A stretch of DNA of 64,000 nt from Candidatus Doudnabacteria bacterium (GCA_041497195.1 JBGQGB010000001.1:213504-277503); one strand, 5' to 3'; positions 1 through 8,102 are shown, counted from the stretch's first letter. Numbers and translations: made by a program. Notes: generated by a model not told the origin, from the letters alone.

Positions 1-19
1 CCCGCCCGCCTGACTCGTC

Positions 20-94
20 TGGTGACCTTGGTAGGAATCGAACCTACATCCGCGGCTTAGAAGGCCGCTGCTCTATCCATTGAGCTACAAGGCC
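20..94 (-). tRNA. tRNA-Arg (anticodon TCT), 75 nt including an encoded CCA
   Basis: The reverse complement folds as a cloverleaf: acceptor stem GGCCTTG/CAAGGTC, D arm GCTC-AATGGATA-GAGC, anticodon stem GCGGC/GCCGC with loop CTTCTAA, T arm GTAGG-TTCGATT-CCTAC, then discriminator A and CCA. Confidence 0.8.
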
Positions 95-111
95 GTCAGG
101 CGAGTCGGGCA

Positions 112-136
112 GGTATCCATTGAACTACGAGGGCTC
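112..136 (-). pseudogene. tRNA 5' fragment (acceptor plus D-arm, GCCCTCGTAGTTCAATGGATA) in tandem 17 nt upstream of tRNA-Arg(TCT)
   Basis: The sequence closely matches the 5' 21 nt of the tRNA-Arg(TCG) at 5214 (GCCCTCGTAGCTCAACGGATA) but lacks an anticodon arm and a 3' half. Confidence 0.3.
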
Positions 137-275
137 TTTTGACTGCTTGAAGTCTATCATTTTGTACCGCTCCCTTCAATCCACGACTCCAGTGAACAAA
201 TCCCAAGGCCTTGACCAACGAGGTTTTTTGGTCTATGATGAGCTGTCGTAATCATCCAAGGAGGATGTTGATTTT

Positions 276-725
276 ATGAAAAGGGTTCTTTTGGCGGTTA
301 TGGTAGTGATAGCCCTCGGAGTTGGCGGACTCCTGCGCCCCCAGCATATCTCAGTCACGAGCCTTCTCATCAGTGCCCTCATTGTGGTTTCGATTTTGGC
401 CGCGACCCTCGTGTTCATGCCAGTGACGAAATATATCGAGGTAGAAAAGCTGCTGGAACTGAGGCCGCCTAGTCTGGCTTTTTCACTCAACGGCTTGCGC
501 GGCGTTCCCGCGACCTTTCATTTCCGCCCAGGCACTGGCGAGCCCATCACTGGTAAACTCGTGGAGCGTCATAACTCCCGCGGCACTGTCGGCATCGAGG
601 TTGAAAAAAACGGCACGAAAATCATGGTCACAGTGCTTGTGGCCGACATATGCCGCCTTGGGGTCGAGGAATCAAATTGGCACAAAGCCAAAAGCCCGGC
701 CGAGGAGTACTCTGAAGCGAGATGA
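276..725 (+). CDS. hypothetical small membrane protein (149 aa, two N-terminal TM helices)
   Basis: A strong SD (AAGGAGGA) lies 8 nt upstream of the ATG. The N-terminus is hydrophobic. The stop overlaps the ORF-track ATG at 722. Confidence 0.5.
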   Translation: MKRVLLAVMVVIALGVGGLLRPQHISVTSLLISALIVVSILAATLVFMPVTKYIEVEKLLELRPPSLAFSLNGLRGVPATFHFRPGTGEPITGKLVERHNSRGTVGIEVEKNGTKIMVTVLVADICRLGVEESNWHKAKSPAEEYSEAR

Positions 726-752
726 AGCAAAGCAGATTCTTTCGCCACTCTA

Positions 753-792
753 GCGCCGAACCAGGCACCAACAGGTTCGGCGCTATTTTTTT
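753..792 (+). terminator. rho-independent terminator after gene 276-725
   Basis: A perfect 10-bp stem (GCGCCGAACC...GGTTCGGCGC) with an 11-nt loop is followed by TATTTTTTT. Confidence 0.6.
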
Positions 793-800
793 AGTCGTGT

Positions 801-809
801 GTTATAATC
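801..809 (+). promoter_or_regulatory. extended -10 promoter element (TGTGTTATAAT) for zwf
   Basis: A TGn plus TATAAT element sits 15 nt upstream of the zwf ATG at 824. There is no clear -35. Confidence 0.4.
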
Positions 810-823
810 AAAGTACTTTGATT

Positions 824-2269
824 ATGGAAAAAAAGCTAAAAATTAGAGTCGAACCGACTATCATCACTATCTTTGGCGCGACAGGAGAGCTGAATCGCAC
901 CCGTATCCTGCCTGCGCTTTTTGAATTGTACCGGCACAAGATGCTGCCGAAGATGTTCTATATCGTCGGTTTTGCGCGAAGTGAATTTTCTCACGAGGAG
1001 TTCAGAGAAAAGATCAAACTCGATGGAGACAAAAAACTTTGGAAAAAATTTGCCAAAAATATTTACTATGTCCCGGGCAACTTCACGAGCCACGAGGATT
1101 TTTTCAAGCTTTCCAAACAACTCCAGCAAATTGAAGGACGAGGCCACTCCTGCGCCAACCGGCTTTTCGTGTACGCCACCCTGCCCAGCCATTTCGAAAC
1201 CATTTCTCATGAATTGAAAAGGACTGGCTTGCTCATCGGCTGTGCGATGCACAAACGACAAACCCGTGTGATTGTCGAAAAACCTTTCGGCTCTGACTTG
1301 AGGTCAGCGCAAAAACTAGACATGGTGCTGGATCAATATTTCAAAGAGGAGCAAATCTACCGGATTGACCACTATCTCGGCAAAGAAGCGGTCCAAAACC
1401 TCATCGCATTTCGCTTCGCCAACACCATTTTTGAACCAGTCTGGAACCGCGAGTACGTCGATCATATCCAGATTTCCTCGCTCGAGGACACAGGTATCGG
1501 CAATCGCGGCGCCTACTATGAAGAAGCTGGGGTGCTGCGTGACATGATGCAAAATCACATGATGCAGCTCTTGGCTGTCACTGCCATGGAAATACCGGCA
1601 GAACAGATTCCTGACGCGACCCGCGATGAACGCGCCAAAGTCATCAGAGCGATTCGCAAGCCAAAAGAAAAAGATCTGCAAACTGACTTGGTGGTGGGGC
1701 AATACAAAAACTACCGTGCAGAACCGAATGTCTCCCCTCACTCCAAAATCGAAACATATGCCGCAGTCAAACTTTTCGTGGACAACCCGCGCTGGGAAGG
1801 AGTCCCCTTTTATCTGCGCACCGGCAAACAGCTGCGAAAAAAAATTGCTGAGATCTCGATCGTGTTCAAAGAACCTCTCGGCCACCTTTTCGACAATCAT
1901 GATGAACCGCCCAATGTTCTGACTTTTCAAATCCAGCCGGGCGAGTCTATCGATCTCGCCTTCCTGGTCAAAGACCCGGGATTTGTGACGCAGCTGCGGC
2001 CTCTGGCCATCGACCTGCCCTATGCCAAAAACCTCTCGAACGAAATTCCGGGAGCTTACGAACGGCTCTTGCTCAATTTCATGCAAGGCGACCAGGGTCT
2101 GTTCGCGCGTATGGACGAAATTGAAAACGCGTGGAAATATATTGATGTGCTCGCAGCACACCTTCGCCACAGCCACAAACAGCCAAGAGAATACGAACAA
2201 CGGTCTTGGGGCCCAAAACAAGCTGATAATTTGATAAACAAGGATAAACGACAATGGCTAATCAGATGA
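824..2269 (+). CDS. zwf: glucose-6-phosphate 1-dehydrogenase
   Basis: N-terminal IFGATGELNRTRILPALFEL (NADP-binding), EKPFG, and the RIDHYLGKE active-site signature. The start is moved to the Met after the terminator/promoter, since the ORF-track start at 722 runs through the terminator. Confidence 0.9.
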   Translation: MEKKLKIRVEPTIITIFGATGELNRTRILPALFELYRHKMLPKMFYIVGFARSEFSHEEFREKIKLDGDKKLWKKFAKNIYYVPGNFTSHEDFFKLSKQLQQIEGRGHSCANRLFVYATLPSHFETISHELKRTGLLIGCAMHKRQTRVIVEKPFGSDLRSAQKLDMVLDQYFKEEQIYRIDHYLGKEAVQNLIAFRFANTIFEPVWNREYVDHIQISSLEDTGIGNRGAYYEEAGVLRDMMQNHMMQLLAVTAMEIPAEQIPDATRDERAKVIRAIRKPKEKDLQTDLVVGQYKNYRAEPNVSPHSKIETYAAVKLFVDNPRWEGVPFYLRTGKQLRKKIAEISIVFKEPLGHLFDNHDEPPNVLTFQIQPGESIDLAFLVKDPGFVTQLRPLAIDLPYAKNLSNEIPGAYERLLLNFMQGDQGLFARMDEIENAWKYIDVLAAHLRHSHKQPREYEQRSWGPKQADNLINKDKRQWLIR

Positions 2270-3210
2270 GTCTGGGGGTCTTGGGTCTCGGCCGCATGGG
2301 TATGCAGATTGCTCGGCGGCTTCACAAAAACAAATTCAAGGTCGTGGCATGGAATAGAAGTCCCGAACCGCGCGAAGAATTCAAAAAATTCGCTCTTCGA
2401 CAAGACTCAGAGTCTGGGAGCGGAGTGGTTGCAACCCCGCAAGAACTGATTAAAGAGCTTCCGCAGCCAAGAATCCTCTGGTTTATGCTGCCAGCTGGCG
2501 ATCTTTTGGATGAGATGTTGTTTGGCGAAACAGGATTGGCAGCCGAACTGTCAAAAGGCGACATCATTATCGACGGGGGCAACTCCTTCTATCAGGATTC
2601 GCAGCGCCGCGCCCAGAAACTCGAGGGAGCTGGCGTGCATTTTTTCGACGCTGGCACTTCCGGCGGAGTCTGGGGGGGGAAAAACGGATTTTCCCTGATG
2701 GTCGGCGGCCCAGCACCACTTTGGTCAACAGTTGAACCAATTTTTAAGGCATTAGCAGCAGGGAACGGGAAAAACTACGGTTTAGTTGGAAAAAGTGGTG
2801 CCGGGCATTTTGTGAAAATGGTGCACAATGGCATCGAATATGGGATGATGGAGGCAATCGGTGAAGGCTTGGCTGTGCTCAAAGCTTCGGACTTTGATCT
2901 CAATCTTTCCCAAGTGACAGAAATTTGGAGCAAAGGCTCAGTTGTCTCTTCGTGGCTAGTGGAACTGGCGAAAAACGCTCTCGACACCGAAGATCTGAAT
3001 AAAGTCTTGGGCTACATCCACCACACTGGCGAGGGCGAGTGGACAATCAAAGAAGCAAAAAAACTCGGGGTCGACGTCCGAGTCATCGAAGATGCTTTCA
3101 AAATCCGCCAAGAATCAGCAGATCCGAAAAATCAAGAAAAATTTTCCAACAAAATCGTGGCACTCTTGCGCAAGCAATTCGGCGGCCATGACGTCAAGTA
3201 TAAAGAATAG
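2254..3210 (+). CDS. gnd: 6-phosphogluconate dehydrogenase, decarboxylating (short YqeC/Gnd-like form)
   Basis: N-terminal GVLGLGRMG Rossmann motif, GNSFYQDS, 318 aa, and a 16-nt overlap with zwf. Confidence 0.8.
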   Translation: MANQMSLGVLGLGRMGMQIARRLHKNKFKVVAWNRSPEPREEFKKFALRQDSESGSGVVATPQELIKELPQPRILWFMLPAGDLLDEMLFGETGLAAELSKGDIIIDGGNSFYQDSQRRAQKLEGAGVHFFDAGTSGGVWGGKNGFSLMVGGPAPLWSTVEPIFKALAAGNGKNYGLVGKSGAGHFVKMVHNGIEYGMMEAIGEGLAVLKASDFDLNLSQVTEIWSKGSVVSSWLVELAKNALDTEDLNKVLGYIHHTGEGEWTIKEAKKLGVDVRVIEDAFKIRQESADPKNQEKFSNKIVALLRKQFGGHDVKYKE

Positions 3211-3802
3211 CTCGCGCCGGAGAGCCATCACCGCCGATTAATTTGAGAGGTAAAATGACCAGGTTGTAGCGACCTGGTTTTACTTTTCCCAAATCCAATC
3301 CTTCCACCACGACTATTCCTGTTCGCAACAACTCTTTGTGCACCGGGTGTCCAGGAGCGCTTTTGGACTCAATCCCATAGTAATCAATCCCGACCAGGTC
3401 AATTTTTTTGGACGCCAAATAGCGCGCAGCCTCAAAAGATAGAGAAACGTAATCAGCAGTAAATTTCTTTTGCTTCAGAAGGCTTGAATTTCGCGTCTTA
3501 AACAAAATTTTATCCCCACGCTGCGGTTTGAATTTTTTTACTTCCGCCAAGGAAATAAGGCTTTGGGCCCTTGACCCCACTACCCGAGCCGGCCCCACTA
3601 ATTTCTGCAATGGCAGCCTGTCCACACCAGAGCTTTCGAACAGGAAATGCTTTGGTGCGTCGACATGCGTACCCGTGTGTGAAGACATCATGATTTTTGA
3701 GACGATGGCACTACTTCGACTCTCTACTCGCGAAAACTTGGTATCATTCGGCCACACTACCATCCCCTCTCGCACTGGCAATGTAATATCAATGAATTTC
3801 AT
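3194..3802 (-). CDS. cyclase-family protein (kynurenine formamidase/arylformamidase-like)
   Basis: HTGTHVDAPKHF matches the HxGTHxDxPxH metal-binding signature of the putative cyclase family. Confidence 0.55.
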   Translation of the reverse strand: MKFIDITLPVREGMVVWPNDTKFSRVESRSSAIVSKIMMSSHTGTHVDAPKHFLFESSGVDRLPLQKLVGPARVVGSRAQSLISLAEVKKFKPQRGDKILFKTRNSSLLKQKKFTADYVSLSFEAARYLASKKIDLVGIDYYGIESKSAPGHPVHKELLRTGIVVVEGLDLGKVKPGRYNLVILPLKLIGGDGSPARAILYT

Positions 3803-3809
3803 AAAATCT

Positions 3810-4868
3810 TTAGTGGACTCGTTCCGGCTCAGTAGCCTTGCGGAAAAATAATGTCAATAAAAGTTTTCCCGATTCCTCCGAGGTTTTAAGCCGGTAGTCG
3901 ATCGCCTTGAGATCCCGAAGCAGCCGGATGAGGCGAGTAGTTGTAAATTTTTTGGCAAGCTTGAGATTGATCCAGACGCGCCCCGGTTTCCAGTCGAGAA
4001 TTTTCGCAATTTCCTCAGGGGAATTCTGCCCTTCCAGATCCTTCACCAAAAGCAGTGACCGGATTTGCGCGGCCAGGATGCCAACGATTTGGATTGGCTG
4101 CGATTTGACATCGCTGGCTTGGACGTCCTGAAACATTTGTTCCATAAGTAATATCGCCTCCTGCAACTGGCCGTTGGCGACCAGGTCAGTGAGACCAAAT
4201 ATCTCCCGGGAAATATTGCGAAACCCTAGCTTCTGGACGTCTTGCGGTCCGATTGTCTTGTCATCCAGCCGATAGAGGATAAGTTTTTCCAATTCCGTCT
4301 CCACTTGCCACATGTCGTAGTCCTCCCCCAGTCTCGACACTAGATCTGCCATTGCCGCAGGTTTGATCTCGTAGCCGTCTCTGGCAAGACGATTCTTAAT
4401 CCAAGAAGTGAGGTCGCTCCCAGAGGGAATCTGAAAATCTTTTGTTTCAGCGATTTTTTGCAACTGTTTGAAAAAACGCAAACGTTTATCAGTACCCTCT
4501 TGCTCTACAAACAACGCTTCTACAGTTTTGCTGAGTTTGGGCAGGACTTCGAGTAAATACTTCCCTGTTTTCGGGCAATCGTTGAGCTCATCCACAAAAT
4601 CCCGCAAAATCAAAAATTTCCGGTCTGCGAACAGGCTGCGACTCTCCAACAGCTCCTGCAAACGAATCCGCAATGATTCATCCGTAAACCCTTCAGAACC
4701 CGAAAGTTCCTCTATCACTCCCTGCGGGTATTTCTGGCGAAACGTTTCGCGCAAAATTTGCACTTCCCGCAAAAGGTCTAGCGAATCTTCACCATAAAAC
4801 AAATAAACCCCGCTGCCGGTATCTCCTCGTTTGGTTGCTGATTTTTTTTCTAGCCTAACTCTCTCCAT
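3810..4868 (-). CDS. holA: DNA polymerase III delta subunit
   Basis: N-terminal LFYGEDSLDL, SLFADRKFLILRD, and a C-terminal region (IFGLTDLVANG...ILAAQIRSLLLVK) typical of HolA domain III. Confidence 0.55.
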   Translation of the reverse strand: MERVRLEKKSATKRGDTGSGVYLFYGEDSLDLLREVQILRETFRQKYPQGVIEELSGSEGFTDESLRIRLQELLESRSLFADRKFLILRDFVDELNDCPKTGKYLLEVLPKLSKTVEALFVEQEGTDKRLRFFKQLQKIAETKDFQIPSGSDLTSWIKNRLARDGYEIKPAAMADLVSRLGEDYDMWQVETELEKLILYRLDDKTIGPQDVQKLGFRNISREIFGLTDLVANGQLQEAILLMEQMFQDVQASDVKSQPIQIVGILAAQIRSLLLVKDLEGQNSPEEIAKILDWKPGRVWINLKLAKKFTTTRLIRLLRDLKAIDYRLKTSEESGKLLLTLFFRKATEPERVH

Positions 4869-4916
4869 TTTCTCTTGCTCTAAAAAATGAAAATGTACTG
4901 CAGCGAAAAAACTGAT

Positions 4917-5129
4917 TTAGAAAAGTCGCGATCCCTTATCCTCTCGGTTTATATTGATTCTCTGGTTGATGGTTTTGTTGAGGTCAATAACCCGCACTTT
5001 CCATTCTTTGCCAATTTTAAAAGCCGGGAGTTTGCCTTTTTTGCACCATTCCCAAATGGTTTTTTCGGTCACACCAAAAAACTTCGCCAGCTCCGGAGCG
5101 CCGTAAATTTTGTCCTTTTCGTCAGCCAT
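4917..5129 (-). CDS. excisionase/MerR-type helix-turn-helix DNA-binding protein (about 70 aa)
   Basis: The motif LAKFFGVTEKTIWEWCKKGKLPAFKIGKEWKV matches the excisionase-family HTH. The start is taken at MADEKDK because the longer ORF-track start would overlap the tRNA at 5214-5285. Confidence 0.6.
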   Translation of the reverse strand: MADEKDKIYGAPELAKFFGVTEKTIWEWCKKGKLPAFKIGKEWKVRVIDLNKTINQRININREDKGSRLF

Positions 5130-5213
5130 AGCTCCTCTATTATACCACTGCTGATTGAAAAAAATAAGCCTGTTCCCTATACTATTTACGCACGGGCTTC
5201 TGCCAATGCCTGT

Positions 5214-5285
5214 GCCCTCGTAGCTCAACGGATAGAGCACTGGTCTTCGGAACCAGTGATGTGGGTTCAATTCCTGCCGAGGGCA
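5214..5285 (+). tRNA. tRNA-Arg (anticodon TCG), CCA not encoded
   Basis: Acceptor stem GCCCTCG/CGAGGGC, D arm GCTC-AACGGATA-GAGC, anticodon stem CTGGT/ACCAG with loop CTTCGGA, and T arm GTGGG-TTCAATT-CCTGC with two G-U pairs. Confidence 0.7.
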
Positions 5286-5322
5286 ATGGCATTGGTGGAA
5301 CATCGATCCTCCAGTTTAGGCG

Positions 5323-5346
5323 GATCAAATCCCTCCGGGCGCACCA
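5323..5346 (+). repeat. tRNA 3'-end-like fragment (GATCAAATCCCTCCGGGCGCACCA) resembling the 3' end of tRNA-Lys at 6227-6302
   Basis: There is a 10/10 match to GGGCGCACCA, and with a 1-nt indel an ATCCCT match as well. It is in direct orientation, about 900 bp upstream of the intact tRNA-Lys. Confidence 0.4.
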
Positions 5347-5350
5347 ATAA

Positions 5351-5382
5351 AAAAACAGCCGATAGGGCTGTTTTTTTTTTTT
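5351..5382 (+). terminator. rho-independent terminator after tRNA-Arg(TCG)
   Basis: Stem AAACAGCC/GGCTGTTT with loop GATAG, followed by a 12-nt T run and preceded by an A run. Confidence 0.7.
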
Positions 5383-5482
5383 GCGTTCCTCAAAGTTGAC
5401 GAAGCTTAGAAAAAGTGTTAGTATCTTTTGTCAAGCTAAAACAACAGGCTTGCAATCCAACTAAAAGAGGAGGAACAAACTC

Positions 5483-6121
5483 ATGAGCCAAACCTGGCGA
5501 GAATGGCTTGCTGAAAGGCGAGCGGCGTCAAGTATGAGTGTTGAGGTAGTTCCACTCACAGACGTACCAGGCTGGGGCCTACAAGACGATGGCTCTTGCT
5601 ATCGCCGACCGGATAGAAAATTCTTTGAAATCGTTGGCATGCAAATCAGTGTCCCCAGACCAGAACAGCGCGAAGTTGTATCGTGGGGACAGCCTGCGAT
5701 CTGCGAGGTCGGCCAAGGAGCAGTAGTCTTGGTGGAAACCACGCTGGGCTTTCTGATTCAAGCTAAAGCCGAGCCAGGAAACGATGCTAAGGGACGGGTA
5801 CTTCTGGCCCCCACGCTCCAAGCAAGTCAATCCAACTTGGACGGCGCCCACGGAGGGCCTCGGCCGCCACGCGCTGACCTGCTGGATAATACGTTCCCTG
5901 CCTGGACCGAACTGCGGCAAGACGGCGGTCGGTTCTTCAACAAAGTCAACTGCTATGCAGCGATTTTTGTGGTCGGCGTTGGCAATGAACTTCAACTGCG
6001 CGAAGACGAGCGCTGGTTCACGCCGGCAGAACTGAACGAAGCCGTGCTCGCCGGAGAAGTCAACGAACACCTAACCCAGGTCTTCGCGATCTGGCACGCT
6101 CATAGCCACGGCAAAGGCTAA
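5483..6121 (+). CDS. single-domain NDP-hexose 2,3-dehydratase-like protein (Nudix-fold hexose dehydratase family), GC-rich
   Basis: WLAERRAA, VEVVPL..GW, FFEI.G, SWGQP and LIQAKAEPGN closely match motifs remembered from the N-terminal domain of TylX3/EvaA-type 2,3-dehydratases. A strong SD (AAAGAGGAGG) is present. GC is about 57% against about 45% in flanking DNA. Confidence 0.5.
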   Translation: MSQTWREWLAERRAASSMSVEVVPLTDVPGWGLQDDGSCYRRPDRKFFEIVGMQISVPRPEQREVVSWGQPAICEVGQGAVVLVETTLGFLIQAKAEPGNDAKGRVLLAPTLQASQSNLDGAHGGPRPPRADLLDNTFPAWTELRQDGGRFFNKVNCYAAIFVVGVGNELQLREDERWFTPAELNEAVLAGEVNEHLTQVFAIWHAHSHGKG

Positions 6122-6135
6122 GAAATCCAAGCGGC

Positions 6136-6181
6136 GGGGAATCGGTCTTCCGGTTCCTCGCCCAATTTTTTTATATTTGCT
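6136..6181 (+). terminator. rho-independent terminator after gene 5483-6121
   Basis: GC-rich hairpin GGCGGGGAATCGG-TCTT-CCGGTTCCTCGCC followed by TTTTTTT. Confidence 0.55.
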
Positions 6182-6206
6182 ATCTCAGCGAAAAATCTGA
6201 TAAAAT
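6177..6206 (+). promoter_or_regulatory. sigma70-type promoter for tRNA-Lys (-35 TTGCTA, 18-nt spacer, -10 TAAAAT)
   Basis: The hexamers are spaced for a transcription start about 14 nt upstream of the tRNA. Confidence 0.45.
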
Positions 6207-6226
6207 TTGAAGGCTCCTGATGTCGA

Positions 6227-6302
6227 GCGCCCATAGCTCAGTTGGTAGAGCAGTTGCCTCTTAAGCAAACGGTCGCAGGTTCGATCCCTGCTGGGCGCAC
6301 CA
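6227..6302 (+). tRNA. tRNA-Lys (anticodon CTT) with encoded CCA
   Basis: Acceptor stem GCGCCCA/TGGGCGC, D arm GCTC-AGTTGGTA-GAGC, anticodon loop CTCTTAA, T arm GCAGG-TTCGATC-CCTGC, then ACCA. Confidence 0.85.
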
Positions 6303-6327
6303 GAAACGTTCCTTAGTTCATGAAGGT

Positions 6328-6981
6328 ATGAATCCAGAAATTGAAACTCGTTTCGAGAATACCCGGAAATCCCAAACTTTTCACAACCTAGTCAGCGCTT
6401 TTGATTTGGACAAAAAAATGGTTTTGGACATCGGTTGCTCCTACGGCGAATTTCTCAACAATTTCGGCAGTGGCAGCGTCGGGATCACGATTGCCAAGGA
6501 AGAAATCGAATACGGCAAACAAAGGGGCCTAGATGTCAGATATGGCAATATTGAATCTGATAATTTTATTTTACAGGAAAAATTTGACGTTATTTTCGCC
6601 AACAATCTATTGGAACATTTATACTCGCCTCATAACTTTCTCTGGAAAATCAAAACATATCTCAAGCCCAACGGCATGCTGATCCTCGGCGTTCCTTGCA
6701 TACCAAAAATTGTTTCGCTGCTGCGTACGAAAAAATTTCAAGGAAGCTTGGCCGGAGCCCATATCAATTTTTTTACTAGGGAGACTCTAGTAAAAACCGT
6801 ACAGAGGGCCGGCTGGAAACCGGCCACAACAAGAGGTTTCCATTTTGCCAGCAAAATATTAGATTGGCTGTTGACCCCCATATATCCTCACTTTTACGTA
6901 GTCGCGACAGTCGAGCAGAATTTTCAATATCCAGAAAAGAGACAGAAAGAACTGGCAGATAGATTAGCACCAACAAGCTAA
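6328..6981 (+). CDS. class I SAM-dependent methyltransferase
   Basis: VLDIGCSYGEF glycine-rich SAM motif, with an acidic residue after the beta-2 strand. Confidence 0.65.
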   Translation: MNPEIETRFENTRKSQTFHNLVSAFDLDKKMVLDIGCSYGEFLNNFGSGSVGITIAKEEIEYGKQRGLDVRYGNIESDNFILQEKFDVIFANNLLEHLYSPHNFLWKIKTYLKPNGMLILGVPCIPKIVSLLRTKKFQGSLAGAHINFFTRETLVKTVQRAGWKPATTRGFHFASKILDWLLTPIYPHFYVVATVEQNFQYPEKRQKELADRLAPTS

Positions 6982-7137
6982 AAACATAGAAAACTTATAG
7001 AGATAGATCGGGAGTAGATTAAGTATTTCTTGTCGCTACAATTTCCGGCCAGCTATTCGCTTCCTCTCCGTCAATAATTCCTAATCCTGCCCATAGGTCT
7101 CTATACTTTGCGAAGTATCTCGATCTACACCCGAACC

Positions 7138-7173
7138 ACAACAAATTCCCGCCTAAAAGCGGGAATTTGTTGT
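7138..7173. terminator. perfect 15-bp inverted repeat (ACAACAAATTCCCGC-CTAAAA-GCGGGAATTTGTTGT) between convergent genes
   Basis: It is a strong hairpin but has no U-tract on either strand, so terminator function is uncertain. Confidence 0.35.
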
Positions 7174-7188
7174 CAGTTCAAAAAAAGT

Positions 7189-7485
7189 TTATTTATACTC
7201 TGCAACTGGATTTTCGCGACCATTGACCCCTTGTTGTAATTTATAAGGCGGCTCCACATAACCCTGTCTTGATTTTAGCCATGTTTGGAACTCTTGATCA
7301 GTTTTCGCATCAATTGTGATAGCCGGCTGGGCAGTTTGCTGCGGGGGTGTCTCGAGCTCCCGGAAGTTAAGATAGAGATATTTATACGTAACTAAAATCT
7401 CAACAAGGATCGTGATGAGAAACAGAACCCACAATATAGTCTGCAAGCTTAAATGGAAGCGAAGATTTTTCGCGGAAATTTTCAT
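7189..7485 (-). CDS. small membrane protein, last gene of the pilMNO operon (98 aa, one TM)
   Basis: Shares an ATGA overlap with pilO and has a hydrophobic segment ILWVLFLITILVEILV. Confidence 0.4.
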   Translation of the reverse strand: MKISAKNLRFHLSLQTILWVLFLITILVEILVTYKYLYLNFRELETPPQQTAQPAITIDAKTDQEFQTWLKSRQGYVEPPYKLQQGVNGRENPVAEYK

Positions 7486-8102
7486 GGCTTTTTAATCAAA
7501 AAAACACCTTCGATGTTACTAGTGACCGTCCCGACATTGCCCAAAAGCTGATTTGGTCCCGCTTGCTCTTTGTCTGCCGTCATACTTAAGGAACTTATCT
7601 CACTCATAAAAGAAAGATTTTCTAAATTGACAAAAAAATCAATCAACTGGCGGTATGTTCCCCCGAGTTTCAAAAAATAATGAACTTCTTCAACATTTTT
7701 GAGACCTGGCACCACTGAAGGAAGCTTCTCTTGACTTGCTTTACTTCCAGGGCCAGCCTCGGCACTATCTACAATTGATAAAACTGCGGTAGGTCCACTT
7801 TTATCAATAGCACTTTCAACTCCTTCTACCAATCCTACGATCTCCTCGCGTTTGGGAAACATTTCGTTTAGACTTTGCTGATCGCTACCCAATTGTTTGA
7901 GCTGAATTGATAAATTTTTCAAACTTTCAATATCTGCCTGGATTTGCTGGAAATCACTCTGATTCTGCTTGATCGCTTCATCCGTGCTTTGAAAATTGCG
8001 CAACATCGGAAGGATGAAAAAAGTTACAACCAAAACCGCCCCAACAATAACCGCGATGACGCTGAGAATAATTTTAGTTTGAGAAGAAAAAGCTCTGAAC
8101 AT
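7482..8102 (-). CDS. pilO: type IV pilus assembly protein PilO-like
   Basis: Single N-terminal TM, coiled-coil region, position after pilM/pilN. The start is moved to the Met at 8100-8102, 1 nt after the pilN stop. Confidence 0.55.
   Translation of the reverse strand: MFRAFSSQTKIILSVIAVIVGAVLVVTFFILPMLRNFQSTDEAIKQNQSDFQQIQADIESLKNLSIQLKQLGSDQQSLNEMFPKREEIVGLVEGVESAIDKSGPTAVLSIVDSAEAGPGSKASQEKLPSVVPGLKNVEEVHYFLKLGGTYRQLIDFFVNLENLSFMSEISSLSMTADKEQAGPNQLLGNVGTVTSNIEGVFLIKKP

Noticed and set aside
233-490. Minus-strand 85-aa ORF overlapping the gene at 276-725
   Set aside because: The plus-strand ORF has a strong SD and a plausible membrane-protein sequence. The minus ORF is Ser-rich low complexity with no signals.
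722-823. ORF-track start of the 515-aa zwf ORF at 722
   Set aside because: This stretch contains a perfect terminator hairpin with a T-run and a TGnTATAAT element. The G6PD N-terminal NADP motif begins just after the Met at 824, so the 5' extension is non-coding.
836-2403. Antisense and out-of-frame ORFs inside zwf (836-1261 -, 1316-2254 -, 921-1217 +, 1365-1547 +, 1626-1922 +, 2022-2234 +, 2056-2403 -)
   Set aside because: They lie entirely within a confidently identified, conserved gene. They show no recognisable motifs and are typical long antisense frames, so they are spurious.
3258-3290. Hairpin CCAGGTTGTAGCGACCTGG plus T-rich tail as a terminator of gnd
   Set aside because: It lies inside the 3' coding region of the convergent cyclase-family gene and its U-tract is interrupted. 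It may function, but the evidence is too weak to list as a feature.
5130-5303. N-terminal extension of the HTH ORF (ORF track 4917-5303)
   Set aside because: The extension would be transcribed antisense through the tRNA-Arg(TCG) gene. The conserved HTH domain starts at the internal Met (MADEKDK).
5286-5346. A second complete tRNA immediately downstream of tRNA-Arg(TCG), ending GGGCGCACCA
   Set aside because: Only the last about 24 nt resemble a tRNA (T-arm/acceptor 3' half). No D-arm or anticodon arm can be folded, so it is treated as a fragment or att-like repeat.
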